Positions 26,101 to 39,350 of a DNA stretch of 64,000 bases are shown in pieces. Position 1 is the stretch's first letter. Each line of letters starts with the position of its first letter. The translations under genes were made by a program, and so were the position numbers. The notes beneath the pieces were generated by a model. The model searched no databases. It had not been told where the DNA came from and worked only from the letters and a program-made list of their open reading frames with translations. Origin of the DNA: Lama glama (Eukaryota); assembly GCA_028534125.1 (NCBI GenBank), contig CM052817.1:77812001-77876000 (forward strand), read 5' to 3'.

Positions 26101-27989
26101 CATTCTAATAATTTTCAAAGTCATCATTCAGACCACCTCAAATTTTCCTCAGATTTTCCTGAACTGAAAGATTCACATGAGGACTTGCTGGAAAGACAAA
26201 AATATGAACAAGACATAGTCCTTGCCATAAAGGGATTCACGGATAATATCAGATGATAGACCTGATATTACTAATGGAGAAGTTCATCAAAGTCCTCAAG
26301 GCATTTACAAAATGATACGGTGAATAATAAATTAGAAGTAAAAATTGCTTCTGCTCAAAGAGTTATGGATGGAAAGTGCATGGAGAATATGTCCTAGAGG
26401 TGGTGATATTTACATAGGGCCTTGCAGGATGAATATGAGTTTTCCTGGAAAGTTAGCTTGGGGGAGAGGTGAAGATAGAATTTTAAATAGCATCAACAAC
26501 TATAAACGTGTGGAGATAAGAAAGTGTATGTTGGAAGGGTATGCGTAGTAGTCAAAGAAGAAAGTGAGAAAGTATAGTGGGGCCAAATTTCATAATATGT
26601 ATGTTGTAAAGAGAAATAAGACAGTTATGGTGACTAGTACATCAAATTACTTAAAATCTGTTGCTAAAAGAAATGATGCCTCTTTGCAAAAATACATCGT
26701 ATCACTATTCCAAGTTTTATAGTTAACATATACTACTACTGCTTGAATATCGCAAGAAACTCCTATTATTTTAATTTAAAAGATTTAGGTCATTTTAATA
26801 AGAAGATAATTTTGAAGAGGGTAAAATGATGAAATCTGAAGTGCTATGTGCATTAAAAAATATGCTTCATTACTTTGAGAAATTCACTAAACAAGAGTGA
26901 TTCTCTTTACTGACATTTTTATAGGTAGTTAACTCTGCCTATTGGCTGTTTAAAGAAGTGGCTTGGGTTTTATAGTGAAAAAAAATGTACTATCTTCCTC
27001 ATCCTGCATTTAATATGTTTAGAGACACACAAAAGCACAGTACATTGCTGACAAGCTTAATATCGTTAACATTTTAAAAACTTCAATCATAAACTAGGAT
27101 TCCTTAGGTTATATGCAACAGATATTCACTTGTGCTTGCTTAAGCTGAAAGAGGAAATTTTACAATGAGGAAATTCAGATACTTCGAGAAAACAAGAAGA
27201 TTTGAACAGTCAGGCCTCAGGAAAAGTAAAAACCAAAGTAACTCCATGGACCTCAGACTTAAGAGTTCTGTGGTTTCTTAGTTCTATTCGGCTCTCAGGA
27301 ATCCAGTTGGCTCTTGGATCTATCAGCTATGGTCATCCTGGCAGGGTATAGAACAGAGCACTGGGGGCTCACTTCACAATCAGTATACATCGGTGAAAGT
27401 ATAAAACTTGGGAATGATTCTTCCTTCAAATAGGTATTCCAAAGACTTAAAACATTTTGTTTTATACACAGTTGAATGAGTCTAAGGGTCTTACACTCTT
27501 CTTTATCTCACTGAACTTATGCATCCTCTTTATCCTAGCACTGGGCTATAAAGAAAAAGGTATGCAAAAATAGCACAGTCTGAGTTCAATATTTTCTTTA
27601 TATTTTGTTTGGGAAAATGTCTGACATAATGTTTGTCAGAGGCAAAAGTTTCCAGAGAGCTAGTTAGTGGCTATAAAAATACTAAGAGAAGCATTGTATT
27701 AAATGTTACCCTTAGCCAGTAGATCCAGCTGAAAGAAAAATGACAAAAGAGAGGGATGTTCCAAACTAAAAGGACACGGTGAAAAGTCACTGCTCACAGT
27801 TTGGAGAAATCAAAAAGTCCCTGTTTGAGTTTTAACACAGCTTTTCTGTTTGGTTGTACTAGCAGAGGGAAGGGGATCTGAGTTACAGAGGCGGGTGTGT
27901 GCCTAGGGTTTCACTGGGCTGGTTGTGAAAGAGGGAGGTGTGTGTCAGGTGTGTGGAGCTGGCCTGAAGCACTAGAGTAGGTACCAGTC

Positions 27990-28107
27990 CCATGTGACAA
28001 TGAATATATGTATTTTCATGTATAACTGAAAAATTGTGCTCTACACTGGAATTTGGCACAACGTTGTAAAATGATTGTAAATCAATTAAATAATGTTAAA
28101 AAAAAAA
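27990..28107 (+). mobile_element. Short 5'-truncated LINE-1 3' tail with poly(A)
   Basis: gaatatatgtattttcatgtataactgaaaaattgtgctctacactggaatttggcacaac...aaaaaaaa resembles the 3' end of the L1 at 57000-57100. Confidence 0.65.
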
Positions 28108-31100
28108 TCATGTCACCTGAGGTCTCTGGAAAAGCCCAGAGGGAACATGGTGATTCATAACACAGGCTAATAGCAGCTGATGGTAACTGCGGGCTTATTG
28201 TGTGCCAGATACCTCACATTCTCCTCCTTTATTTCACTTAATCTTCAAAATAACTCAATGAGATAATCACTATTCTTTACTCTCGTTTACTGAAGTGGCC
28301 TCACAGAAAGTTCAAATTCTTGGGCCATGTGAAATTCTTCTAATACTCCCTGTAAACAGATGTCAGCATAAAGAATTTAGGAGGAAAACCAGTCCCTTCA
28401 CTGTTAAAAGTTTACCCTAAAGTATGCTAAGTGATGACAGTTTTTTTAGGCAGCTCTAGCCCTTAGTGAAGCCCTAACTTTGTGCCATATTAAAGGTGTG
28501 TAAGCTTTACTGGGGCTATGAATTTGATTATTTTTAAATGGCAATTTAGCAGGTCTTGTTTGCCAAACCCCTCGAGGGTTTTCTTGCAATTATAGAAAAG
28601 GGTGTCTCACACTTCAGCAAGTGTGAATATGTCTCATTTGTATGCCTGTCCAAAACAGGGTATACAACTACATGTTCTCATTTCTATTTCTATATGTTAG
28701 AATCAAAGAGGATATTTATTATTATCCTGAGCATGCATGACAAAATTAATTATGAAATTATAATTAAGTTAATGAATTTATATTTCTTTAATTTATACAT
28801 TGTAACTTAAAATATGTAATTACTATAATTAATTATTAATTATAGGGAACAACTTTAGTGATCACGGGAAGTAAGTAACACTTCGTAGAACTATGAACTA
28901 TTTCCTTTGGGCATATTTTATTTCCTTACTTGTACTCTGATTATTTGAATATCTCCCCAACTATGTTTTAGGCATCATTAGCTGGGGACTATAATTTAAT
29001 GGTAGTTTCAGCATTTGTGTCACAGTGGCATTTTCCTCAGTTATGCCAAGAGTTAGTAGTCTTTAAGTTTTGTACCCGAAGTACACCATTTTTACAGCAG
29101 TTTGGGGATAATTATTTTCCATATCTGAGTTTCCCTATCACAGCAATGCCTTCTATTGCTCGTCTCTATTCCAAGGCCTATGAATTTCTCCACAGCAGAG
29201 TTTTCTAAACTAGACGTTGTATAGCACCTCCACAGTTTTGCCAACTATGTCGTCTGTACTGTTATATAATTAATATTTTATTTAAATAAATTCACATATT
29301 TTACCCAAAATTTATTTATGAAGGAACTATATAACTATTGCAAATGGAAAATCAGAATAAGGCAAGTGATTAATTAGTTCCTTCATAAATAAATTATATA
29401 TACTTACACATTTTATAGATATAATTATGTATGTAGTCATTAAATAGGCACAAATGATACACTGGAAAGAAAACTTTGGCTTTATTTTCTTACCTGCCCT
29501 TAACTGAAATAAAGAGAGAGTAGCAGTTGTTTGAGAAGCATCAAATACACAATGGCACTAATCTGAGACTTTGACATAATAAAGTTAATCAGAAAGAAGT
29601 TTTTAATGGAGTATCTTTCTTATGATCTAATGCTATGTTGATTAATGACACTTCTTTTAAAATACTCATAATCACCTGTTTACAGCCATGGTCCACTTTG
29701 GGAAACATGCTTTATAACATGGCCCCCAAACAGAATGCACATCAGACCTAAGTTCAAATCCCCTCTCCTTAATCATGTTTGGTTTTTGACAAGTCATTTA
29801 ATTCCTTTAAACCTTGATTTCTTACTGAAAAAGAGGGGTAATAATGTTCACATTTCAAGATTGCTTTGAGAATTTGTGATGTAATGTTCACAGTATGTCT
29901 AGCCTTGTGCCTGGAATTTATTATTAACACCTACTATGTACCAAGCACACTCCTTTGGTGCTTCAGGATCTAGAAGAGTACATGACAGAACTTAATTCTA
30001 GGAAGGGAAAATCAACCATTAGCAACTCTAAGAAAGGGGAAGGTCATTTCAGGCAGTGATTAAATCTCTGAAGTAAATAAAATGAGGCAACATGAAAGAA
30101 ATTAGCATTCAAGGAGTGCTAATTTCCTTCCTCACTCTCACTTCTGTATGGCTGGTATTTAATACATATGGAAAAAGATGAAAACTATTGAGAATATGCT
30201 TGTTAACTGAGGTAAACAAAGGGCAAAAAAACAGAGTGAGTAACAGTTGTGGTTTAAAATACGATTAGATACATGGGGACAAATTTTAAGTTTCTGTACT
30301 GCTCTAAGATCTGCCTTGTTACTTTTTATAGAACACATGATCTTTTAGAAACAGAGAACATTTAATCATTAATGTCATACAAATAAAATGCAGTTGGGGC
30401 TTTGTCACCTACTTTTGTCATGATTGTGTTAATAAAATAAGTTCTGGAGATTTTTTTTAAATGGTTTATGAGTTTGATTTCAAGAAAGTTGAGAACATTT
30501 TTCCACAAAATTCAAGCCCCTAAATATACTTTGGGGAAATTTTAGAAATTTTTGTTTGAATTATCTATATTCTATTTCTACATAGATTACTTTCATTAGA
30601 TCATCTCTTAAGAGAAATTTTTTTGCAAAAATTTCTGAAAACTTACAGTATAAAAAATAGTAAACTACCATCTTAAACTGAACTGAATGAACCTTTTTTA
30701 GACTATGCAGAAGTTGGAACTTACTGCTGAAGTCAACAATCAGCAGATTCTCTGAGTGGAACAGGGCTCTAGGTCAGGATGCTGACGATGACAGAATGGA
30801 AAACCAAGATGGAATAATTAGATTATGTATGTAAAACACAGCACGGATTTATACAGATAAAGAGAAACAAGTTCTGAGATTTCAAAGATCTATTGTTCAT
30901 CCTGTGAAAGATAGACTTGAGGCATTGCAGATTAACTTTGGAGGGCCAGGGGGAAAATGTTTCTTCTCTCTTCCAATTCCTTGATCACTTTTCCAGTTTA
31001 GTCATTTGCAATGGTTTTGAGTTCTGTTGCTCTTACTGAACTCTGTTAACATCTTTCCAATGTCTAACTGGCTTAATAATTGGAATTAAGATTTTTAAGA

Positions 31101-32559
31101 AACAATTAAAAGAGTAACGAGTTGAGAGAGGATACCCAGTTAGGAAATATTGAAAAGGCAACAGCCCTGCTCTTAGTGTCTTTCATTTCGGCCATTAGTG
31201 AATCCTGCTTTTCTTTCCTAAGTAACTAACTCTTTTGATCTCTGTGAAAGAAGGAAAGATCAAGCTGATCCTCAGAATCCACAAATGAATCTCTTCCCCT
31301 GCTCCACTTCTTCAAAGAGCCAGCTAAATTTGACTTGCAGTTATGTTGTCAATGTAATTACCAGGCACAAAAGAAAATTGCTTCCTTTATTATCATAACT
31401 GAAAAACACTATTTCTTTCTTCTTCCATTTTTTTAGTGTTACATTTTAAATCAGTGAGATCCATGCTGATTTTATTTTTTTCTCTGGCAACTTACAATAA
31501 GAGACTTTCAAAGTAATGCTGCATTTTTTTTTTCTGTCAGAACCCCTACCTCTACAACAAGTAGTTCAGTGCTGTTTGTCTATAATTTACTTTAGAAACA
31601 TAATGGTTTTTATTTCCCAGAACAGTAAGTATGAATGTTTAACAGACTCAATGATGTAGTGGAAAAAGCTGGGATCTAGTTCTGACCCCAAATATTTGCT
31701 GTTTGTCCTTCAGCAACTGATAACCTGAATTCTGAACCTCCTGAATCTGAATTTCTGCCCGAAAACAGTTTCATATCTGTAGAACAACAACATTTTGTCC
31801 ATAGTGTTATTTGGAAGGAGGATCAAATGTGGAAATGCATATGTGCTTCTTTTTAAATAGACATGAACTAAAGGTAAGTTTTATTGTTACCATGGCTCTA
31901 GAAGAAAATCTCCAACAGCATGCAAGGGCTCATAAAGCATTATGATGGTTAACCTCATCTTGTAGTGCTCATTTTATACAACCACTTGCATTCATTTGGA
32001 CAGATGTCATTTTGAGAGCTTGAATTATGGTGTTCAGTACCTGTTCTGCTCTGAACAAATCCATGGAGATGAGCGCTGATATTCCAAACATAGGATGAAA
32101 GAGCAGTTCAAATCCACCCTTCTCACACTCTGTCAGGCTTGACATATATACCCTGCCAATGGACTGCCTCAAAGACTTCGTGAAAATTCACTCATAGCAA
32201 TAATGACACAAATGACATACCATCCATAATAACATTGATTCAGTGACAAATCTGTATTAATATTTTGGGATCAACCTGCCTCATTTAATCCACTTCTCTC
32301 TCTGTTTCCTCTTCCACCAAACCTACCAGGCAGGAAAGCCTCTGACACACAAGGCTGCAGGGATTTGGACTGTGTGGCTGTATCATCCAGAATCTCTCTG
32401 AAATCCAGAGTAGCTTAGGGATTTCAGGTCTGTAGCAAATTGGAGACCCTTAAAAGGCTGAAGTAAAGTTGCATTTTATTTTGTGGAGTAAGATGGAACT
32501 GAGTAGAGCTGACTGAGGAAAAGATCTCTGAACACAGAGCCTAACAGGTAACAAGACTC

Positions 32560-32860
32560 TGTGATGGTTAATTTTATATGTCAATTTGACTAGGCTATGG
32601 TGCACAGTAGTTTGGTCAAACACCAGCCTAGATTCTAAAGAAGAAGGAATTCATCTACAAGACTCCAACAGAGATACCCTGCCTAAGTTTCTCACCTCTC
32701 TGACCAGCTTGCATAATTTCGACTCAGTCCTGCAACAGTAACTCTCATGTGACGTTTTAGACTATCAGCTTGCCGTGCAGATTTCAGACTCACCAGCCCT
32801 CATAAATAAGTAAGCTAGTTTCTTACAATGAAGTGCTCATGCACTCTCCCTCTGCCTGAA
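32560..32860 (+). mobile_element. ERVL LTR fragment (MLT2-like)
   Basis: Begins tgtgatggttaattttatatgtcaatttgactaggctatggtg, the recalled MLT2 5' end. Confidence 0.75.
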
Positions 32861-34684
32861 ATAAACAAACAAGTAAATAAACAAATTTTATTTATTTATT
32901 GTTTATATAAATAAACAAAATTTATTTATTATTACAACAGAATAAAGATAGGAAAGTGGACAACAGTTGAAGGTGTAAATTCACTCAATACATAATCCTT
33001 TTAAATTTCACCTATTTCTAGTTTCCAACCTTTACTTCTTACATCCCAACCAAGTGTCTAACTTGAAAGTCTGCTGCAGTAAAATTCTATGTTCAAGATG
33101 CCAAGTTTCTAAATAAAAGTTGTGTTTTTTTCCTGCCAAATTCTAATCTTATCTCAAGGATAATACCCTCTGATCTTAAATTATAGCCATCTACAGATCT
33201 CCTTAAAATCCATTTGTGTGCTTTGGAAAGAAACCTAAAACTTGCTATCTATAAAGACATAATGGAGCTATAATTCATGGTCATTCTGGGAGGCCTAAGA
33301 CACCATTTTTTTAAGAAAATGAGAGAACACAGAAAGGAACTAACATTTAGGAGACTGGCATAGAGTTGTTTGAAAAGATTAAGAGAGATGATCACTGTGA
33401 ATGTAGTCTGCATGTTTGTACACAAGCCAGCCAGGAACAAGCTGACCCAATTATCTAGCCATAACTGTGCCAGGCCCTTTGGGCACGGAAGCCTGGGATC
33501 TAATGAGAGAGACAGAGATAAACATACTAAGCATTTACATAAATATTTTCAGGTTCACAAAACCTTTTGTTCAGATGCATGAATAAAATAATAAAGAAAA
33601 AATTACAAAGAAAAATAAAAAAGAGTAAGTCGAGCTGTTTCCTTAAGTTCGTAGGCATGACCAGAGCAGAGCTCCACTGGTTGACCTCAGTTTCTCACAG
33701 CTTCAGCCCTGCTCCTGGAGGCTCCAGGAGGTGCCATGGAGGGCCACTTGAGAACCACTGAGAGGTCAAGATTTCCTACTTCCTCAGTTTCTAGAACCCA
33801 TAGATTATATGTGTGCTACTCATATAGACATAATTGGTTGGGGGCAGAGAATCACTGAAAAAAAATACATGTATATGCAAATAGAGAGGTACTTCAATTT
33901 CAGAAATTTTTCAATTAAAAAAAAGTACATGCATTAGAGTAAAGACTACATTTCACAAAATGTAAAAAACAATTACAAGGCTATAGAAATTCAGAAGAGG
34001 AAATGGCAGTGTGACTGAACAAATCACGACAGATATGTCGGATTTGGACAAGGGAAGAGGACAAAAAGGGAACCCATCTAGGAGTGAGTACAGGTACTGG
34101 AGCAGGAGTGACTGGAATTAATATTGGGAAACTGGCCAGTGTGGAGTGAAAAGCCTGGGTTATGAGTGGTGGAAAGACATTTGCATAGATTGAGAACCAT
34201 TGTTGTGGGCAGGGCACCTGAAATATTAGATCATTTCTGAACATCCAGCATTTACAACTTTGCCCAACACATATTGGGTGTTTAAGTGTAAATGATAAAG
34301 TTTTATTTGGTCCAAGAGGTAATGGTGTTAGAGGAGGCAGATGGCTAGATATGAGTAGAGAAAGGGGGACGCAGCCCAAATGGCAGGAATTGGACAAAAA
34401 AAGAGAGGAGCAAGGACCAAATAGAAAAGTACCTTGTGCTATTTTTCTCCTATGGGCCTTGTATTTAAATTATGTAGTATTAATGCAATTATATTTTAAA
34501 AGTAATAATCCAGTATTGATTCAAACTATTGGGTTCACAATATTATAAAAGCATACATTACCAAAACCTCAACTTTACAATTATGGTGTTAAATGGACTA
34601 GAGTTAACTAAAGGACAGCGATACGTGTTTTCCACTACCAGAAGTTACTTTATTTTTCTATCATTAGAGTAGTACATTATAGTT

Positions 34685-35230
34685 TTAATGGAACTTGGGA
34701 TTTATTTTAATCAGGTATGGTAAGACCTGCAGAGTTGGAAATGGGTGTTAATGAAGCAGGATCTCTCACAGACCCCTGGGAACAGAAGGCACAGCACAGC
34801 ATGCAGTGGGGCCACATGCAGTGGGGTCACATCCACCAAGGCTGGTCAGGAGACACAGGGAGTTGGGTAGATCATGGGCAAGAGCCTTTACTTTGCTTCC
34901 CATGTGCCTACAGGTGAGGCAGTGCAAGCAAGTTTAGGATTGGCTAATTTGAATAATTTCAGCAGTCTCTGGGGGCATAAGGTTTAATTGTCTAGTACCT
35001 AGCTATTGTGATGGGGCGAGGGGATAAGGTCTGGAGTGTAAGAGCTCAGTAAAGGAGGTGGTTGGGAATATGGGCTCTAGATCATTTGGTTTACATTTGA
35101 AAGGCACACATAAAGGAGCATTGATTATCATCTCTAAGAATTGGCTGACACTGGGAGGGGCGGTTGTTTCAATCTAGCAAGTTCTCAGATGTCAAAGCAT
35201 CAGAATACGAAAAATAAGACAGGATAAATA
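34685..35230. mobile_element. Solo LTR, ERVL class (MER76-like)
   Basis: ttaggattggctaatttgaataatttcagc...taaaggaggtggttggg resembles a recalled consensus; subfamily unverified. Confidence 0.5.
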
Positions 35231-35734
35231 CAATCATATAGTGATGCAAGTGTGCAGTTCAGGAACTGTGACTACCTAGTGTATAGCCCTGGTCTACTAA
35301 CAAGAGACCAGAAAATCCTAAGATATTATAAATAAACATGAAAGAAAGCCAAACACACCAAAAAAAAACTGCCCGGGGAGGGAACCATTTATAAAGCAGG
35401 AAGTAGATTTAGCCTTGAAGCATTGGACTGACTCTGATATTCCCAATATTCATGCTGATGAAGCTCTGCGCTATTGATATAAAAATCTTTTTTTTAAACA
35501 AGTAGCTTCAGTGGACTAGATAGGGGCAGCTGAAAAACATTAAATGAGAATGGCAAGGGCAGAGAGAGAACTTTAAAAAGATCTATTCAAGATGAACCAT
35601 CAAACTAAAATAAAATATATTAGAGATATGAAGACAGTAAAAAAACATGACCAATCAGGAGATGAATTTGTTTCAGATAAAAATGAAAAAAAATCGAGCA
35701 GTCTTAAAACGATTTTAAGTCTGTTTAAAATCCT

Positions 35735-36110
35735 GTTTTAGTCTGCTTGGGCTGCCATAATATAATACTGTAGACTGGGTGGCTTAACAACAGAAATTTA
35801 TTTTCTCACAGTTCTGGAGGCTGGGAGTCCAAGATCAAGGTGCTGTCAGGGTCTCCTGGTGAGGGCTCTCTTCCTAGCTTGCAGAGGGCTATCTTCTCAG
35901 TTTGTCCTCACACGTCAGAGAAAGAGGTATCTCTGATGTCTCTTCCTCTTTTATAGGGACACCAGTTCTAAGAGATCAGGTTACCACTCTTCTGACCTCA
36001 TTTAACCTTAATTATTTTCTTAAAGACTTCATTGCCAATAGAATTGCATGGGGGATTAGGGCTTCAACATATAAGTTTGGGGAGGGGGACACAATTCATT
36101 TCAAAGCAAT
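35735..36110 (-). mobile_element. MaLR LTR (MLT1A-like)
   Basis: tgttttagtctgcttgggctgccataa...cagaaatttattttctcacagttctggaggctgggagtccaagatcaagg...gcttcaacatat; ~375 bp. Confidence 0.88.
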
Positions 36111-38375
36111 ATGCCTCTAGCTACCGTAAATGCATATCCTTATTATATGCAAAATACATTCATTCTATCCCAACAGCCCCAAAAGTCTTACCTCATTCTA
36201 GCATTAACTCTTAAGTCAAAAGTCTAAATATTATCTAAATCAGATATGAATGAGGTTCAAGGTACAACTTGTTCTGAAACCAAATTTTTCTTCAGCTGTG
36301 AACCTGTGAAACCATACAATTTGTGTGCTTCTGAAATTCAGTGATGGGACAGGCATTGACATTCTATTCTAAAAGAAAGGAATAGGAAGGAAGGATGGGG
36401 TGACATGTACCAAGTAAGTCCAGAACCTAGCGAGGCAGATCCCCTTAGATCTTAAGGCTTGGGACTAATCCCCTTTGGCCCCATGCCCCACCTTCTGGAC
36501 CTACTCAGGTGGCAATCCTGTGGCTCTGCCAGGTGGGGGGCTCTTCTCCAAGGCTTCAGTTGGAGGCCCCACCCCCTTGAAGCTGAAGAGGAAGCCCTTA
36601 TGCTCTCTGAATGGACTTAGGAGTCATTCTTCCTCTTCCTTAAAGAATAGTGTACATTTGCTCTGTGGTCCCATCCTGTAGAGTCTAAGAAGTTTGACAG
36701 CCTTCTTTCATTTCATCCTGTCTCAATCTGCTTGACTTGCAGTATTTCTGCTAGTATAATCCCATCTATATTCCTGGCTTTTGCTGATGTGGCTGAATAA
36801 ATTTGTGGTTTGAATCCCTGTTAGTCTTCTCTTCAAATGTTTGTTCAGCCACACCCTCAGTGTTTTCTTCAAAACGAGCATTTTTTTGTAAAATGGGTAG
36901 ACTGAGAATTTTCTAAATCTTCAAGTTCTGCTTCCTTTTTGCTAAATAGTTTCTTCTTCAATTCATCTCTCTGTTCTTGTATTTTCTAAGTAGTCAGGAG
37001 GAATCACACTGCTCTTTTAACACTTTGCTGAGCAGTCTTCTCAGCTAAATATTTCTTTAATTTTATTTTTCAATTAAAGTATAGTTGATATACAATATTA
37101 TATAAGTTACAGGTGTATGATATAGTGATTCACAATTTCTAAAGGTTATATTCTGTTTATAGTTACTATGAAAAATTTGCTATATTCCTTATGTTGTACA
37201 GTATATCCTAGTAGCTTATTTCATACCTAATAGCTTGTACCTTGCAATCCTCTATGTCTATATTGCCACTCCTCCCTTGTAACCACTAGTTTATTTTCTG
37301 TATTTGTGAACCTGCTTCTTTTTTGTTATATTCACTAGTTTGTTGTATTTTTTAGATTCCATATATAAGTGATATCATATAGTATTTGTCTTCTTATTTC
37401 ATTTAGCATAATACCCTCCAAGTCATCCATGTAGCTGCAAATGGCAAAATTTCACTCTTTTTTTATGGCTGAGTAGTATTCCTGTGTGTGTGTGTGTGTG
37501 TCTGTGTGTGTATACCACATCTTCTTTATGTGTTCATTTGTTGGTGGACAGTTAGGTTGCTTCCATATCTTGGCAATTGTAAATAATGCTGCTATGAACA
37601 TTGGGGTGCATGTATCTTTTTGAATTAGTGTTTCTGTTTTTTTCTGATATATACCCAGGAGTGGAATTCCTGGGTCATGTGGTAGTTCTATTTTTAGTTT
37701 TTTGAGACACATCCATTTTATTTTGAGACTAAATCCATTTTCCACAGTGGATGAATGGATACACAGAAAGAGAAGGTAGAAGTTTTTAACAAAGAGTTAG
37801 AAAATATAAAGAACAAGCGAACAGAGATGAAGAATACAATAACTGAAATGAAAAATACACTAGAAGGAAGCAACCGTAGACTTAATGATACAGAGGAACA
37901 GATCAGTGAGCTGGAAGACAGAGTAGTGGAAATTCCTGCCACTGAATTAAATACTCATTTTTATTCCTTGTGAATTGTTTCACAAAACACTAGAACACCA
38001 GTAGTGCCAAGTTCATCGCCATTTATAACATGGTTATTTTTTCTTCTAGTTTTCAGTAACATGTTTTTCATTTCCATGTGAGACTTTACCAGAATGATGT
38101 TTAAATCCATATGTTTACTAACATTTTGTTTATGATTATTTATTCTCTAAGAAGATAGAGACTCTCTCTCAAGCTCTCCTCTTTTCTTTCTGAGCCCTTA
38201 CCAGAATCACCTCTAACATCTATAGTTCTACAAGTAGTGCCTTCACAGTAATCCAGGCTTTCCTAGCATGCATCTCAAAAATTCCTCCAGCCTCTACTCA
38301 TTACCAAGTTGCAAAATCCCTTCCACATTTTTAGGTACTTGTTATAGCAGCACCCCACTTCTTGGTACCAACATC
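36111..38375 (-). mobile_element. MaLR internal region (MLT1-int), interrupted by L1 at ~37055-37950
   Basis: Contiguous with the LTR; ends at ccacatttttaggtacttgttatagcagcaccccacttcttggtaccaa, the recalled MaLR internal 5' boundary. Confidence 0.75.
37055..37950 (-). mobile_element. LINE-1 insertion with inverted 5' segment (3' end on minus 37055-37750; ORF1 fragment on plus ~37755-37950)
   Basis: Minus: LKKLKIELPHDPGIPLLGIY...TPMFIAALFTIAKIWKQP (ORF2 end). Plus: FNKELENIKNKRTEMKNTITEMKNTLEGSNRRLNDTEEQISELEDRVVEI (ORF1 coiled coil). Confidence 0.88.
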
Positions 38376-39350
38376 AGAGAGGAAACAGAAGGAATGAGCT
38401 AAATTAAAACCATATAAAATTATATGAATAAGAAGAAGGATTAATCCTAGAAAAAATATTGGCATTCAAAAGTCTTAAAACTGAAAGTATACACTCTAGA
38501 ATGAACAAAGTTAAAGACTTAATAAACTGGAAGAGATAGCTAAGAATTATACCCAGGATGCAGCGTAAAGAAGCAAAAAACAAAAAGCTATTAAGAAAGA
38601 TGGTGTTCTTCAAGAATCCTTGTTTAATAGAATTTTAATGGGATTCTAGCAAAAGATTATAGAGATTCCTATATGTAATACATACATAATATAGGGCAGC
38701 ATATTCAAAGAATAATGGCTGAGAAATTTTAGTATATATATACTATATATATAAATTGATAGGGGAAACACTAATCCATAGTTTACCAATCCAACAGTTA
38801 GGGAAGAAGGAGAAATGAAGCCATGAGAAATCTCTGATGAAACTAAAACATAAAATAAAATGGTCAGTGTAACTACAAATACATTATAGTGACAATAAAT
38901 TTAAATGGATTACATGACTCTGATTCAATTAAAAATCAAATGATCAGCTTGGGTATAAAAACATCAGTTATATGCTGTTTATAGGAGACACTGCCACAAA
39001 CACACACATATACCCACCCTAAAACAGAAAATTTAAAGAGAAAAAAAGAAAAAGAGGTAAGCCAGGCATATATGGACCGAAAAAGAGCAGGTGTGACAGT
39101 ATCATTCAAAATAGAATCTGAAGCAGAAGCATTAACCTGAAGAAAGCATATGAGCCGCAGTCTATGAAGAGAGTATAACAGTTATAAATTTGTGTATACT
39201 TAGCAATAAGTATTGGTATAAAACACCAGAAAACAACTACAAAAATTCAGAATTATAAAATAAAATTGACAAACTCATAATCATAATGGCAGAATTTAAC
39301 ATCCCTCTTAGAAGCTACTTATTTGAAGAATACATAGAAAGGATTTGAGT
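38376..39350 (+). mobile_element. Ancient LINE-1 ORF1/ORF2-start remnants (also ~35240-35730, the apparent host of the MaLR)
   Basis: A-rich strand bias; tatgctgtttataggagacac and aatggcagaatttaacatccctct resemble L1 endonuclease motifs. Confidence 0.55.

Noticed and set aside
32860..32935. AT-rich imperfect inverted repeat
   Set aside because: Low-complexity (AAAT/AAAC)n expansion next to an LTR fragment; symmetry is expected from composition.
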